The notes beneath the pieces are model-generated. The model worked only from the letters and a program-made list of their open reading frames with translations. It was not told where the DNA came from and did no database searches. This document shows, one piece after another, positions 38,749 through 53,189 of a DNA stretch of 64,000 nt (positions within the stretch are counted from its first letter, which is position 1; every line of letters starts with the position of its first letter). The DNA comes from Chrysomallon squamiferum (taxonomy: Eukaryota > Animalia > Mollusca). The stretch covers positions 3,596,001-3,660,000 of the forward strand of contig CM022673.1 of NCBI GenBank assembly GCA_012295275.1, written 5' to 3'. A program made the position numbers and the translations under genes.

Positions 38749-41700
38749 TTGCTAGTGACATAATATAAAAATAAATTGAAATGATGTTAGTACAAATCAA
38801 ACCTGAGAAGCAAAATTTAAAAATAATAACAAGAACAATAATAATAATAATAATAATAATAGTAATAATAGCAAAAAAAATTTGAGATAGATATATAAAC
38901 AAAAAACCTATATAATAATTTTAAAAAAGCAAAGTTGCAGATAATATAACTTAATGGGAAACTAATAGCTATAAGAAGGTATCATTTCATTAAAAAAAAA
39001 AAATAATAATTGTATTTATATAAAAAGTGTGTGTCTTTTCATTTCAATAATAATTTAAAAAATAAAAAAATTTCACCACTTTCACGAAATGGATCATTTT
39101 TTGAATATCATTCCTACAGTTTTCAATGTGTATTAAAAATAAATAATACAATGAAATGAAATAAAATAAAATAAAATAAAATAAAATACATAAATAAATA
39201 ACAAAAACTGAAAGAAAATAAAATTAAAGAAAGAAAAAATAAATAAATGAAAATAATAAGAAATAAAACAGAAAAAATAAAATATCATTTTTCTTAAAGT
39301 CAGATGAAAATTCTTTCACTTTCTTGCAGTCATCTCTGAGATTTTTAGCATGTTTCTATTAGATAACTTCTTCAGTATTCCTAGCTTCACCTTCACCGGA
39401 TTTCATAAGACAGTTCTTTAAAATTTTTACTAAATATTATAAAACTGAACTGAGAGCTAGAACTTACAAAATCTGCATTGGCACATAAATTGAATATTAA
39501 CTTTAAGATATATATTATTACATACTGCGTAAATGATCCACTTATTCCAACTTTGGCACTTTATGTTTTTATTCAAAGCTTCTTATCAATTCAAGCTATT
39601 AAAAAAGTAATATATATGTATTAAATTATGATATAATGGAGTTATTCATAGTTTATTATAAAATTAAAAACAAATCTGCAACAGTAATTAAAATGATATG
39701 TAAATTAATCACTTCTGTTTGCTTAAAGTCAAACAAAAAGGTTGAACTGGAAAATTATTTAAATAAATAAATAACAAAAAAAATGCCATATTTGATATCA
39801 CCTTTGATATGTTTTTCTGAGTTCACATCCAAATAGTTTTCTAAATAAAATATAAAAAAGACAGCTTATTTTTTTTTTTACAAGATATATATATATATAT
39901 ATATAAATAATATCAAAAATGAAAATATTAGTTCATGAATTAATTTTTATATTATTTGAGGGTTTGAAGAAAAAAAAAAAATATATATATATACATTTTT
40001 TGAAATTTTGTTTTTTATTCGTAAGTTTTATTATGTTTGGAAGCCTTATTGTAATCTCACTTTAGCAAAAAGAAATTGAATCTTGAACATTTATAAAAAG
40101 CATACTGCACCAAATACATCAAATTTCCCTTTTTTAAAAATTACTTAAATCTCTTTTCTTACAGAACAGCACATACCTTTAATTCTTACACAAGAGGTAC
40201 AGACAGAGTAACCCAAGTTAACTTCTCATAACAACAAACGTCGTTACTTGCAACGAAGACAACTCTAATCTACATAAAACTAATTTGCTACGCTAATTAA
40301 AATAATTATAATGACAGATATATATATATATATATATATATAGGTTTATTAACACACATACAAGCAACAAGTCTAATGCTGGCTAATTTTGATTTTAAAC
40401 TCTTTGGTAATGATTTGAAGAAAAAATATTTACAATAAACACAGTAAATAAACTCTGCAATAAAATAGAAAGTATTTTCTATCAGTCAAGTAATATATTA
40501 TGCAAAATACTCTAAAATCTTAACAATATTTTAAACTTTTATATATATAGATATATATTTTTGAGACCAGTCAAGAATACATTATTATACACATAACTGA
40601 TAGATAAAACTGACAGCAAACAAAATTACAAAAAGCATACATACAGTAGTTCTTTTTTCAAATTAAATTAACCTAAATATTGAAAGAATTTTATTTATTA
40701 TTTATTTTTTTTAATAAATAAATAATCATCTTCATCATCATCAATAATAATAATAATATTAATAACAATAATAATGAGATTTACTGATATAATCATTTAA
40801 TGATCACATAATCATATTAAAATGAGACAGAAATAATTGACTGTTAGGCAAACTCGAGTTTCAAATTAAAATATGAATTAATCAGTCTTTATTTTCAAAA
40901 CATTTAACATAGGATGGACAACTATCACAAATCTGGAAAACTGGCGTCAATGATAAAATGTAACATACTATTTTCTTTACAACAACTTATAATTTTTTGT
41001 ATTCCTGTGACTCGTAGATGCATTACCACTAGCAGGAAAAAACTGAACCAATTTTGTTTGTTTTTTTGTTGTATTTTATTGTCTGTTTAATTTTTATTTT
41101 TATGTGCCAGAACTATAAATTATGTACACTGAAAATTATCACAAGTATGTCTATTTTTTTTAAAAGATCTAAACTGTTTTAAATAAAAAGCTTTAAAAAA
41201 TAAAAGTAATAAAATCAATCGTATTATTATTTTTTTTTTATCATCATCATCCATCAACATCATCATCATCATTATTAATGTTGTTTATATTATTATTATA
41301 ATGATTGTTATTATTATTATTATTGTTGTTGTTGTTGTCGTAACTTCTTTTCCTACTAATTTGCTTATACTATAACTGTTAACGTAAACAATGAAATATC
41401 AGTTTGTTGTATTTTTATTTATTTATTAATTTATCTTTCATTTAACTTTTTAAAACAATATTTTTTACTTAAAGCAAAGAGGAAAAAAGCACAGAATACA
41501 TCCAAAAAATATTTTTAAAAAAGAAAAAAGAAACAGATAACAAATAAACACCTCTAATATGCAGTTACATACAATATGAATACAATTAGCTTCTATGCAA
41601 AATAATAAAATGGCTTTATCAAAACTTTTTTAACAAAATGTACATAAATAAATAAAAACATATCACAGTAATAGCAGAGTCCAAACACTAACAACGAGTT

Positions 41701-43244
41701 TTCAAGAAAAATAAACAACACTAAGAATTTCATATATTAAATTTAAAAAAAAGGAAAAAAAAGCACTGTTAGAGCTGATGTATAAGTAAATTTTATAACA
41801 AAATAAGCAATGGGGCAAGACACATTTAATACAAAATTCTGAAAAACAGTAAATTTTACTGCTTTTGTCCTTCCCTGAACTATTTTTTTCAACAACTCTT
41901 TATTATTTTAACTGCCATTTGCCTGTAAATAATAAACATTTTGACAGATCAGATTAATTGATTTAATAAACATCCTATCATTCCTTGGATTTCAATTAAA
42001 GTCATTTTTTTATATATTCACCATTTTTTTTTTTTTTTTAAATATTATTAAAAAAATAAATAAACAAAAAAAAAAAAATAAAAAATCATCATAATAAATA
42101 AATTAATTAATAAATAATGACAGTTTTCTCTTTTCTAATTTTTTCCCACTTATATATGTATTTTCTACTTCTGAGTAGTCTTTAAAATCAACATACTGCT
42201 ATGAAAATCGTTCTTAAAGTAAACTGAATATCAAATTTTGTAATCACAAATTTGGTGAAAATTAGATAATAATAATTATATTAAAAATATATATATATAC
42301 AAAAAAAAAAAAAAAAATTAAAATAAAATAAATGGAAGGGTCCAAAGAGTGAATCATCAGATATAACAAAGGAGTCTACATAACATTTGATTCAACACTC
42401 AGTGAAATATTGAGTGACACACTAACCAGAATTGTGCAGAAACATTGGCAGTTATTAAATTATAACCACAGATAATCTTTTATACAAAACATGTTTGATG
42501 GAAGCATGCAGATTTTCATCTCATACAATGAGCATTCTGTTGAGCATCCCCTTCAAGAATGTCTCCAGTGATCAGGATACTTCACAATAAAGGATTATAA
42601 TAAAAAAAAAAAAAAAAAAAAAAAATGCTGCAGTAATATTAGGAATGTGAATCTATTGCATTTGCCCCTAAATATTGAATATGGATTTGTCATATAATTA
42701 GCCATTAACATGTATGTAACAGTTATAATTATATTAAGCATCCAGGAGGCAAAAATAGAAATGCACTACTGCAGTATGTGTAAACATCTACAAAAACACC
42801 ACAAAATAGATAATGGTCTAAAACAAGATATTTCTGCTCAGTCCTTTAACAAGGGACATTACTCTAACAGATTAAGCACAATAATTTTAATATTATGTAA
42901 ACCAGAATCTGTTTTTTCAAAGACTGATAGAATTAATTATTTCTCTTGCATATTAGTAATAACATTAAACAAAAAATAATAATTCTCACCCATTAAATTC
43001 ATTCCGAGAAATTTACTAATATTTTATAAATGTGTTTCCATTTCAAACTAGAAAGTCAGAGGAATCCATTAATCCTTTCATGCATATCACAAGATCTTTG
43101 CCATTTTTGTATTTCTACACCAAAAAAACCTGTTAATACTAAACATTCATATAATGTTTTGTTTTCTCTTCTTCTGATATTTTAACTCCAACTAGCTAAT
43201 ATTTCTTATACGTTGTTTCTTGACTGCAGTGGAAGAATAAGTAA

Positions 43245-43383
43245 TTACTGTATATGAAAAAATTTCCTCATTTTTTTACCAAGTCCTACCGAGCCACTGC
43301 TCCCATCTGATTTCTGGAATTCTGCCAGTCGAGACATGAACAAATCTACAAAAGTAAAAAAAAAATAATGAATAAAAAAAAAA

Positions 43384-43441
<58 letters not shown>

Positions 43442-44064
43442 TAATAAATATAATAATAATAATAAATAAATAATAATAATAACATAAAAATAGTAATAAT
43501 AACAACAATAACAACAACAACAACAACAGTAATAATACAGATAAAAAATAATATTGCCATTACAACATTAATAATAATAGTGGTAGCATTTGATAATAAT
43601 TTATAAATAAATAAATGAATGAATGAATAAATATATATTATATAACATGAAATGACCTAACATAACATAACATAACATAACATAACATAACATAACATAA
43701 CATAACATAACATAATATAATATAATATTATGTAACATAATGTAAAGTAACATGATGTAATGTAATAAATAAAAAAATAACATACCAACAGTTGCCCATT
43801 CTTTTTTCTCAGTGTGATGTGTAATAAAAACTTCAAACATCTGAGTTTCTGTAAACCATTCTAACATTTGTCTGATGCCTTTCGTTGCAGCCTCTGCGAT
43901 AAAACGCTCTTTCTAGAAAACAAATAAATTTTTAAAATAAAATAAAATAATAATCTTCAGATTCTTAACCATTTCCAATTATGATCAACTGAACAGAGAT
44001 AATTAAATAAATAAAATATATAAAATAAAAAATAAAATAAATAAATTTTAAAAAATATATAAAA

Positions 44065-44095
<31 letters not shown>

Positions 44096-47000
44096 AATCA
44101 AGTTCAAATCAGAAATAAACATACAAGAAATATTTTCTTTCCGTCCTTGTTGTGTTATTATGTGTTCACCAAAATGGCCGACAGTTTCTACAAACAACCT
44201 CATGAAAGCCTCTGACACCATCAACCACTGAGAACTTTGAGCTTCTGAAAACAAAACACACACACATCAAATTTAATGTGGCTTACTATGTGAATTATAA
44301 AAACAACAAAAGAAATTAGTATGTAAAATTGGTAACATGAACAAAGAGCCCAATATGTATTATTATTACTATCATCCTCATCTTCATCATCACCATCACT
44401 ATTATTATTAATATAATTATTAAGTGTTTGTTTTACTGGTGTACTTTGATGATATAAACAACAATAAAAATATTTTTTGCATGCTTACTGTTTTATTTTT
44501 TAACCAATCTTTGTTAATAACAAAGCATTTAGAAATAATATAACCTTTATGATTTGTTACATTTTCCAGGGCATCGTTTCATTCAAACAAGACATTTTTA
44601 CATCTGATAGCCTGAAGATACAACAATTCTCATTTGATCAGTCAATCATGGATGTTGTTAATACTTCATTTTACAAAATGGTGGAACAACAAATAGGAAA
44701 ATTTCACTTCCGCCTGTCTACACAAGATGGCTGTTTATACTGACCTGCATCTATCTTACACATGTTGATGGCTGTTTATACTGACCTGCATCTATCTTAC
44801 ACATGTTGATGGCTGTTTAAACTGACCTGCATCTATCTTACACATGTTGATGGCTGTTTACACTGACCTGCATCTATCTTACACATGTTGATGGCTGTTT
44901 ACACTGACCTGCATCTATCTTACACATGTTGATGGCTGTTTACACTGACCTGCATCTATCTTACACATGTTGATGGCTGTTTACACTGACCTGCATCTAT
45001 CTTACACATGTTGATGGCTGTTTACACTGACCTGCATCTATCTTACACATGTTGATGGCTGTTTACACTGACCTGCATCTATCTTACACATGTTGATGGC
45101 TGTTTATACTGACCTGCATCTATCTTACACATGTTGATGGCTGTTTATACTGACCTGCATCTATCTTACACATGTTGATGGCTGTTTATACTGACCTGCA
45201 TCTATCTTACACATGTTGATGGCTGTTTATACTGACCTGCATCTATCTTACACATGTTGATGGCTGTTTATACTGACCTGCATCTATCTTACACATGTTG
45301 ATGGCTGTTTATACTGACCTGCATCTATCTTACACATGTTGATGGCTGTTTATACTGACCTGCATCTATCTTACACATGTTGATGGCTGTTTTCAGGGCT
45401 TTCTGCACTTTGCGAGGAATTATTGTTGACTCATCACCTTCCGAACGAACAATCTGTTTCTTATCCAGATCCACAATAATAATCTGAAATAAACAAGTGT
45501 GGTGTTAGTTCTGAAACACTCCACTGTATAATTATAATAAAAATAAAAACGTTATATATGTAATTTTGATTAAAACTGCTTCAAGAAGTGAAAGGAAAAA
45601 AATTAAATGTTCCTTCAGTTTTGAAATAATTTCAAGTACCACTATCTCAATGAAACAGAAACTGAATCTGGATTTTTGAACAGTTATCCTAACAAATGCA
45701 AAAATATACAACTGAAACTGTAAATGTTTTCTTTTGAAATAATATGAATACTGTTACAAAAGGTCTTTTCAATTCAGAAATTATAGTGGATAAAATAATT
45801 TCAAATACTAAAAAACAGTAACAAAATGTCTTCTTTTTTTTTTTAATTTTATCTCAAAAATAAAAACAGAAAATAGAAAATATAATATTAGGAAGAAGGC
45901 AATTTTTATCCACTCATTATTCAGTGATTTACGGAAAACAATAATTTCATTCTGTTAAGATTAAAAATAATCTGTGTACATATATAAGTGTATGCTTGCA
46001 TATATATATATAAGTAAACAAGTGAAAAAAAAAAAAAACAACTGATGATAAAAACAGTTTTTTAAGAATTATACAGAGGTATCTCCAAATTAAAAATGCA
46101 TGGAAAAGTATTTTAATGGCAGAAATACACAAATATGTGCATGGGTCACCCATCCTTCTATACATCCATGGATTACAAGAGACTAAAACCTCACCTCTTC
46201 CAGTGGCAGAGTCAGCACTTGCTTCAGGTGGGAGGACAGAATACCAATGAGGAAGGGGGTGGGAGATGCACACACATCGAGCATGTCCTGGGGCAGGATG
46301 GGTATGTAAATATGCTGCCACTGAAACGGGTAGAGCAGAGCAGCAAGAGCATGGATTGTGTGACTGAGTGAACTGAAACAGAAAGAAAGAAGTTTAAATA
46401 TGTCTACCTGCTTCACTTATTTATATTATTTAAAATAGCACTGTTACAATGGGAAAATTTCAGTATGTTGATAAGAATAATGCAAAGATGTGTTCAATGC
46501 CGCAGTTTCACAGTGCAAGTGTTTGTACTTGTGTTCACTTTGCTCAGCAGATTTACTCATTTCAAATGATATTTATATTATTTAATGTAGGCTTGTTGAC
46601 AGAACTGGAGAATTCCTATAGGCCAATAAGAACAGTTAGTTGATAACATTTTTCAAGTCAGTGTTGCAGTTTTTCATTGTAAATGTTTGTAGGAATGTAC
46701 ACATTACTCAGTAGGTTTACCCATTCCAGATGATATTTACATTACTTAGTACAGTCTTGTTATGACAGGACAGGACAGTGTAAATGTTTGTTATCATAGA
46801 TGCAATGCCAAGAATCCATCCATCTTTATTTTTATTTGAGGTAAAAAACCCAGCAATATAAAGAATAATACTATTCAAATTAAAAATAAATAAATAAGTA
46901 GTATTAACCTTAAATGTTTGGAGCAAATAAGAACTCTCCTTTCCATGAGAAGTGTAGAGAAGATTTTCAGTAGTTTTTCTGTGCCAAGGTAACTAAGCAG

Positions 47001-47584
47001 ACATTCATAGTTGACCTGAAAAAAAAGAGGTGAAAGTTTATTTTGTTATGTTTTTATTTCAGCTTTTATTTTTACTATTCTTTCATTTAATTTTATTAAA
47101 CAGTCATCATAAGCAGTCAACCATTAAATATTTGTTTTTAAAAACATGTCAGTAGTTTATGTTCAGTTGTCAAACTTAGTTTACGTTATTATTATTTCAT
47201 TTAGCTTTTCTACAGTTTCAACAGATAAAGTAACTGAATGAGTACAGCTGCAGTTTATGTTTAAATGTTTTTCTACTTAGTTCATTTTTGGTTATTTTAC
47301 TTGTATATTCTGTTATGTACAACTTCAGTAACTGAATTATCTCAGTTAACTAAATCACTAGTTTATATTAGGTTTTATTTTACTTACATTTTCTAGTCTG
47401 CTGTCTGTTGGTCTGTTCAGAAATATTGTTTCCATTTCTCCTGCTTGATCCTGCATATAAGTAATTTAAGTAATTAAATAAATAATTATGTATATGTATA
47501 TATTCATATTTAAAACTACATAATTTATACTTTGAAATACAATGTTAATTAGAAAACAATTTATTTTAACACTTCTTATTTAAA

Positions 47585-47617
<33 letters not shown>

Positions 47618-50600
47618 CACCTCTGAAATAAAAATGAAATGAAACAAATAAGCAATCAAAGTTGAAATAAAATGAAATCAGTTAAGCTAAAACAACGTAA
47701 AATAAATAACAAATATAAAATGAAAATAAAATGACAACAACTTGTTTTTATACATTCAAACTAAACTGGACCAACTCATATCATATCACATATCAAAATC
47801 AAATCAAACTGAATCAGATTAAAACATGTTATGACAGTTTAGTAATTTCAGTGTTTCTCCACTCACCAGTGATCTGATGTTGATGACTTTGCCTGGATTT
47901 GGCAGTGGACGACCGAACGAGGCAGCCAAAAGTTCTTGTGCCAAATCCAGAGAAACTTTTCTTTTCTTCTCAACCTCATTCAGCAACTACAGATGAAAAC
48001 AATTTCTCAGACTTCCAAAACACATTCAACAAACAACAAATAATGAAATAATGAAATAATGAAACATCAGATTAAAAATCAAAGCATAAGTTAACATTTA
48101 TTACACAAAAAACTTCATATATTTAATGTACACAATAAAAAAACTTTTTTTTTTTTTTTTTTTTTTTAGTTTTTCTGTTGAGGAAGTACAGTTGTTTTTG
48201 TTAACTACTTTCATCCATTTTATTAGCAATGAATATTCTAAATCTAAAATGACAACATGTAATCCATAATTTGATTATACATGTTAAAATATGTTTTTAT
48301 AATGATGCTTTCAGGAAGAGAAAATGAACAAGCAAGATGTTTTTAAAACAAGCATTCTAGTACCATCACATCAGCTAATTTTCCAAACTACAGATAATAA
48401 TAAAAAATCATAATACAGAAGAAGAAATATTTTACTTGCTTACTAACTGTTAGAAAAGAACACTTCAACATTTTAAACCTCAACATTAATTTTGGAGCTG
48501 CAGTTGGAATGGTATATAATGCAGAAATAATTACATAATATTGGAACTAATACTCTGTGTATATCATTAGCTACAGAAACTGTTCAGATTCAGCACTGTT
48601 CTGATTTTTTAAGTTAAAAACAAAAATGAATACACTTACAGAATTATACATGTTAAATGCATCAACAGGACTGATGATACAAATAACCTCTGGTAGCTTC
48701 GATTCCGGAGGCTGTCGAAAAAGAATTTAAAAAAAATAAAGAACAATGGTTTATTGATCTGAAATGAATTAATAAATTACAATAATCACTAATACATTTA
48801 GCAGTTTCAAATAATTTTATATTATTCCAAACAACTGTTTTAATATTGGATGCCTAACTTTGATAAAAAAAATAAAAACAAAAATTAAATTTAAAAAATA
48901 TTATTTTCTCCTTATAACAATTACATATAGATGTTAATAATTTAAGAAAAAAATTAATAGTAATTTCTGTATTATTTTCTTATTATTATCATAATTATAT
49001 ATAGATGCATTACAAAATAAATTTTAATAGTTTCTTTATATTTTCTTATTATTATCATAATTATACAATTATATATAGATGCACATACATATCTCAAATC
49101 TCTATCTACTTATATATATTTCTGACAAAGCAGATTAGAGTAATTAAAAATTAATAATTAAAAATGTATTACAATTTATTTAGTATTATTAATTTATCTC
49201 ACCTGAGTTCGTCTACAATAACCATACACCTTTCCTCCATCTATATTCGTCAGCACAAAATGATACGATTCACTGCAGGTAAAACATAATTAAAAAATGT
49301 ATTTACTGTAACATTCAAAACTAATTTGCAGTAAAACAAATTAAATATTTTAAATCATAATTTTGTTCTAAACATCACTTTGTGTATTATCATTAATTTA
49401 TTACTGTTTTTCTATGACTATTATTGGAATATATAAAATAGTTCTACACATCATGACATATATTGTTTTTACTGTTATTAATTGCTTGTAATAATGCACT
49501 CTTTGATGTTTTTTTGTTGTCATTGCATATAAATAAATTACATGTAGCTTATCTGAACAACTCAAACTGACAATTATTTATTTACTTACTTATTTATTTA
49601 TTTATCTAGCTATCTATAAACTGTAGCAACCCATTTGTAAAGAATTATAATTTATTTTTTAAATGCAATGGACAACCACTTGAATGATATCAGTTCAACT
49701 CGTACATTTTACAATAATAAAAATCTCTGATTTATGAATTTCCTCTCTGGCTTAGTTACTAATTTATTGTGAAAAGGTAAACACACACCTGACTGATGTT
49801 CCTGTTGATTCAAACTCAGCAGCATCAGGAAAACAGAACAATGGCACTGACACGTTACTGTCAACCTGAAACACAAAACAAACAAAATTCATATTTAAAC
49901 ACATCACATTAATCATAAACAGTAACATATTTATTGATATATAAAACATTAAAATAATAAACTAATTAAAAATAAAACCTAAACATTTTCTAAGCATTAC
50001 AAATGATTTTTTTTTTTTTTTTTTTGCTGATGATTAAGAATGTTGATTATATTAACCAAATATAGTAATTAATTTAGTAAAAGAATAAAATAGTACCCAA
50101 AAGTATTTCAAAATGTACTAACTAGGAACAAATCATTTAAAGACTTTTCATACATTAAAATTAATTTTCATTATTTTTTTTTTTAAATTAACCTTTGCTA
50201 ATAATCAAGCATGTCAGTTACACAACAAGACTATAAACAAAAGTCTGCTGGCTGTAAAAAATTTTCATCTTTCTGGTATACAGGATTAAAAAGAAATATT
50301 ATGACTGAATGATGCAGCAGTTTTTGTCAATGATTAACTCTTAGTAAATAAAACTAATAAATGAATAAGTAATTGGCAAATATTTTTTTTTTATTACAAA
50401 CACTGACTTTTATAACAAACATAATGCCTTCTAACTTTCTACTTTTTACCTTTGATAAAGTTATTTGAATAGGAAATATTTATGAATGTACATTTATAGG
50501 GCTATAGAGGTATAGAGTTTAAATATGAAGTCTTATAATAAACAAGAAGTTTTAATATGATATCTAATTAACAATAAAAAGTTTAATATTAATTAAATTT

Positions 50601-53154
50601 CTAGCAGACTTAATAATCTTAGAGTGTTGGGATTTATTATTTTTATTAATATTTTTATTTATATATATATTTTTTTGTTTTGTTTTGTTTTGTTTAATGA
50701 ATTTATCTAATTTAATACTGTAAAGAGCACAACATAATATGATTTGATAAATGCACGGTCACAATAAAGATTAATTAAATTTTAATCAGTGAGGAATTCT
50801 GTCTAACTTACTTTTTCTTTCTACAGTTAAGTATTTATTTATTTAAATAAATAAATAAAAATATAAATAAATAAACAAACAAAAATGTGCTAATTAAATA
50901 AACAGAAGAAAATAAATAAAAATAAATTAAATTACAAGACAATATTTCTGAAAGTTTTTATCATAAGGCCATAATAAGCAGCAAAACATAAAAAAAAAAA
51001 AAAAAATGTTTTTAAATAATAATAACACATGTCATCCATCTGAAATAATCCACAAACAAACATATCCACTTTAATCTTTGACAGTAACAAAATAATCTCA
51101 CATCAACAAGAAAAGATGAAACTCTAACCAGTTTAAAACTGCAAGAAGTCTGTTAAGGAAAAAAAAATATATATCAGACTAACATACAAATATTGAGTTT
51201 CACTCTATGAATGATTAATCTATGACCATGATACATTATGAATGAATTTGTTGCAGATGATTTTTTCCTGTAAGCAAGATATAACACAATCAGCTTGAGA
51301 AAAAACAGGGGATTTAATACCAAACATGCAGGATGGATGCAGATATATTTTCATTGATTCCATTACTTCTTGAATGCCAATAACAATGAAAAACATGCCA
51401 AAATTGAAAGTAACTATGTCTTAAATATAATGCAAATACAAAATATCTCACAATGCCATGCAGAAATAAATATATAAATAAATGCTGGGTTTATTTTTAG
51501 GGGTTTTTTTTTGTTTGTTTGATTGGTGTATTTTTGAAGGGGTTGTTGTTTTTTGTTTGTTTTTTCTTTAGCTTTTTTGTTGTTGTTTGTTTTGTTTTAG
51601 ATGCAGGCATATATAAAAATAAATAACATGCAATGAAATAAATAGATTATAAATAAATAAGTAAATAAATAAATAAATAAATAATAAACCATGGCCACAT
51701 ACATATACAACAGCCAGCTTACCATGTTGCTACAAGTAAAAAGATGGCCGTCACTATTCACTTTATATGTTCTCTGTGGAACAAAGAACAGAAACAGGCC
51801 TCAAGTTAAAGTGTTTAACAGCTGAACATCAGCTTAATAATAATAATTCACTGAAACAGTAAATATAAGTTTGTCTGCAGAGCAAGCAGAACAAATATCA
51901 GATTTGATACCAGACAATTATTATTGAAGACATTTACATCTTTAGCATATAAAGTATTTATCTATAGAAGTATACTATTTCAGCAGTTTCAAAATGTTTC
52001 ATGTTATTTTGAACATTTAAGGTTTTTCAGAATTCTTGTTAATTTTAATCTAATATATTACAACAGCTCCCATCTGCTATTATAAATTTGCTGAGTTTTT
52101 TGTTTTTCTTAATATTTCAAGGTAACATTTGTAAACTGTGGCTTTCATTACTTGGCAGGGAACTTGTATGGAAAATGCAGGCACAGTTTAATAACACTGA
52201 TAAATGTTACTACACAAATACTCAACTCAAACATACAAAGCAAGATATTATTTAAAAAAAACACAGAGCAAGCAAATTATTATTATGTGATGAATGTTAC
52301 CACAAAAAAACATTTTATATGTTACAATGTCTTATCTAAATTTTATTTGTATAATGTTTATTACTAATAGAGAACTTTTGACTTGTTCAGGTATAATTAT
52401 TGAATCATCTCTGAAATGTTTTTATTCTCAGCGATTTGATTGGTCAGTTACATAAGGGAGAGCAATTTGAACATGAAACCAGTCTAATACCAGTACTATT
52501 CATCTAGCCAAACAATACAAAAAAAAAAAAAAAATGTAAAATAAAAAAAAAATAAAAAAAAATTAAATTAAAAAAATTAAAATTAAAAAATTTTAAAAAT
52601 TTTAAAAATTTAAAATAAAATAAAATAAAATAATATAATATAAGCAAAACTTATTTTGTTTGCAGTGTTAAATCAACAGCAAAGTGAATAAAGATTTTAT
52701 TTAGTTTCCATATGATATTTGACTAAGCTTTAAAACAGATAAATTTTACTTTAACACCATTCAATATTTATTAGTATTATAACTGAAAATAAGAGATTCA
52801 GTAATTAGAAAACTTAGTTAGTTGGAATTTTAGTAATGCTATCAAAAAAAGAAGGAAAAAAAATGAAAGATAAAATAATACTAATAATGGAAGTTAACAG
52901 TTAGACAATTAACCAGAAGGAAAAATTCATTCAAACATTAACAGCCTGGGATTAATGAACAGGTGTGAAATATGCTAATTAAACTCACAATTTCAGGAAA
53001 CTTGTGAATGATGTAAGGTTTGTAACCTTGTCCCCCAGGTGCTCCTTTCAGTCCCACCACTAGGGCGTACTCAAACAGCTGAGGGTAGATCTTGGACATA
53101 AACTCATTTTTCTTTCTGATGCTCTGGTACTGAAAATTTGAAAATAATAACAAC

Positions 53155-53189
<35 letters not shown>

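Noticed and set aside
30600-43200. Hidden gene in the 12.6-kb interval between the convergent genes
   Set aside because: Very AT-rich, with no coherent exon chain or recognisable RNA gene; probably long 3' UTRs and intergenic DNA.
44726-45391. CRISPR-like array
   Set aside because: The units are contiguous with no unique spacers, there are no cas genes, and the unit derives from a eukaryotic exon/intron boundary.
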